From Microbotryum violaceum (lineage: Eukaryota): DNA of 64,000 bases. This document shows positions 63,500-64,000 of this stretch, piece after piece. Location: positions 1,441,591-1,505,590 of the forward strand of contig LN717261.1 in NCBI GenBank assembly GCA_001244265.2. Reading direction: 5' to 3'. Numbering within the stretch: position 1 is the stretch's first letter; each line of letters begins with the position of its first letter. The notes under the pieces were generated by a model, which saw nothing but the letters and a program-made list of their open reading frames with translations, made no database searches and was not told the DNA's origin. The position numbers and the translations under genes were made by a program.

Positions 63500-64000
63500 C
63501 TATTCCTCCTCCTCTCTTCGCTTCCTCTCGGCCTTTTCGAGTTGCTTCATACGGTTCATGTAGCTGAGCACGGGGTGAGAACACGAGGGGGGGGAGGACG
63601 GATGTGACGTCAGCGGAATGGAGGGGGTGTACGTGACATTCACCGAGATACTGACTCGTCGTATTGGCACCTATGGGCGAAAGAGCACAAGAGGGAAAGG
63701 GTCAGTTCGGCGTCGACGTGCCGCCGGCGCTCCCTCGACGGCGTTTGGGAACTTACTTTTCGTAGACGTGCCTGTGGGACGAAGCCAACGAATGGAGAAG
63801 GTGGGGTAGAGTAAACACGTTACACGTTACACGTTGCACGTTAGTGATCAGGTTATGTCGATGGCCAGTGGGTCTCGGAGTGGGTCGTACTTCTCGTGGT
63901 CGCATTCTGATGGAGGAGGGGAGCAGTCAGTCAGTGCGTGCGCTCGCTACGGTCCACTTTGGTTAGACGTGTACTCACTCCAGGTCATGTAGAGGTTCTC
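63500..64000 (-). CDS. NDUFB7: NADH:ubiquinone oxidoreductase B18 subunit (NDUFB7), 3' part, micro-exons
   Basis: Exons 64000-63979, 63906-63891, 63771-63757, 63670-63656 and 63563-63500 splice (GT-AG) to ENLYMTWKCDHEKHVYEKCQYDDYMNRMKQLEKAERKRREEEE*, with CX9C spacing. Confidence 0.88.

Overview
Eukaryotic, intron-rich fungal DNA. Short GT-AG introns, the gene content and CpG-biased decay of repeats suggest a basidiomycete, probably Microbotryomycetes (inference). Bases 1-33.9 kb are a nested transposon cluster: four Ty1/copia elements or fragments from three LTR families plus solo LTRs, two chromodomain Ty3/gypsy elements, a 399-bp TGT...ACA MITE, hAT-like and mariner-like end remnants, and a decayed CxC-KDZ transposase with a convergent accessory gene. 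Target-site duplications (TSDs) resolve the nesting order and reveal two LTR-mediated inversions. Bases 33.9-45.5 kb hold three host genes (hypothetical, Lsb5-like VHS-GAT, large hypothetical). Bases 46-54.2 kb are a decayed Helitron containing a 4.4-kb element with 135-bp TIRs and an 8-bp TSD. Bases 55-64 kb hold an Mto1/ApsB centrosomin-family gene, SCO1 and the 3' micro-exons of NDUFB7. The most striking unexplained pattern is that LTRs of four families (three copia, one gypsy) contain a GT...AG intron-like cassette whose 3' part duplicates the sequence just before the donor, and the copia families occur both with and precisely without it. All coordinates were read by eye and no searches were run.
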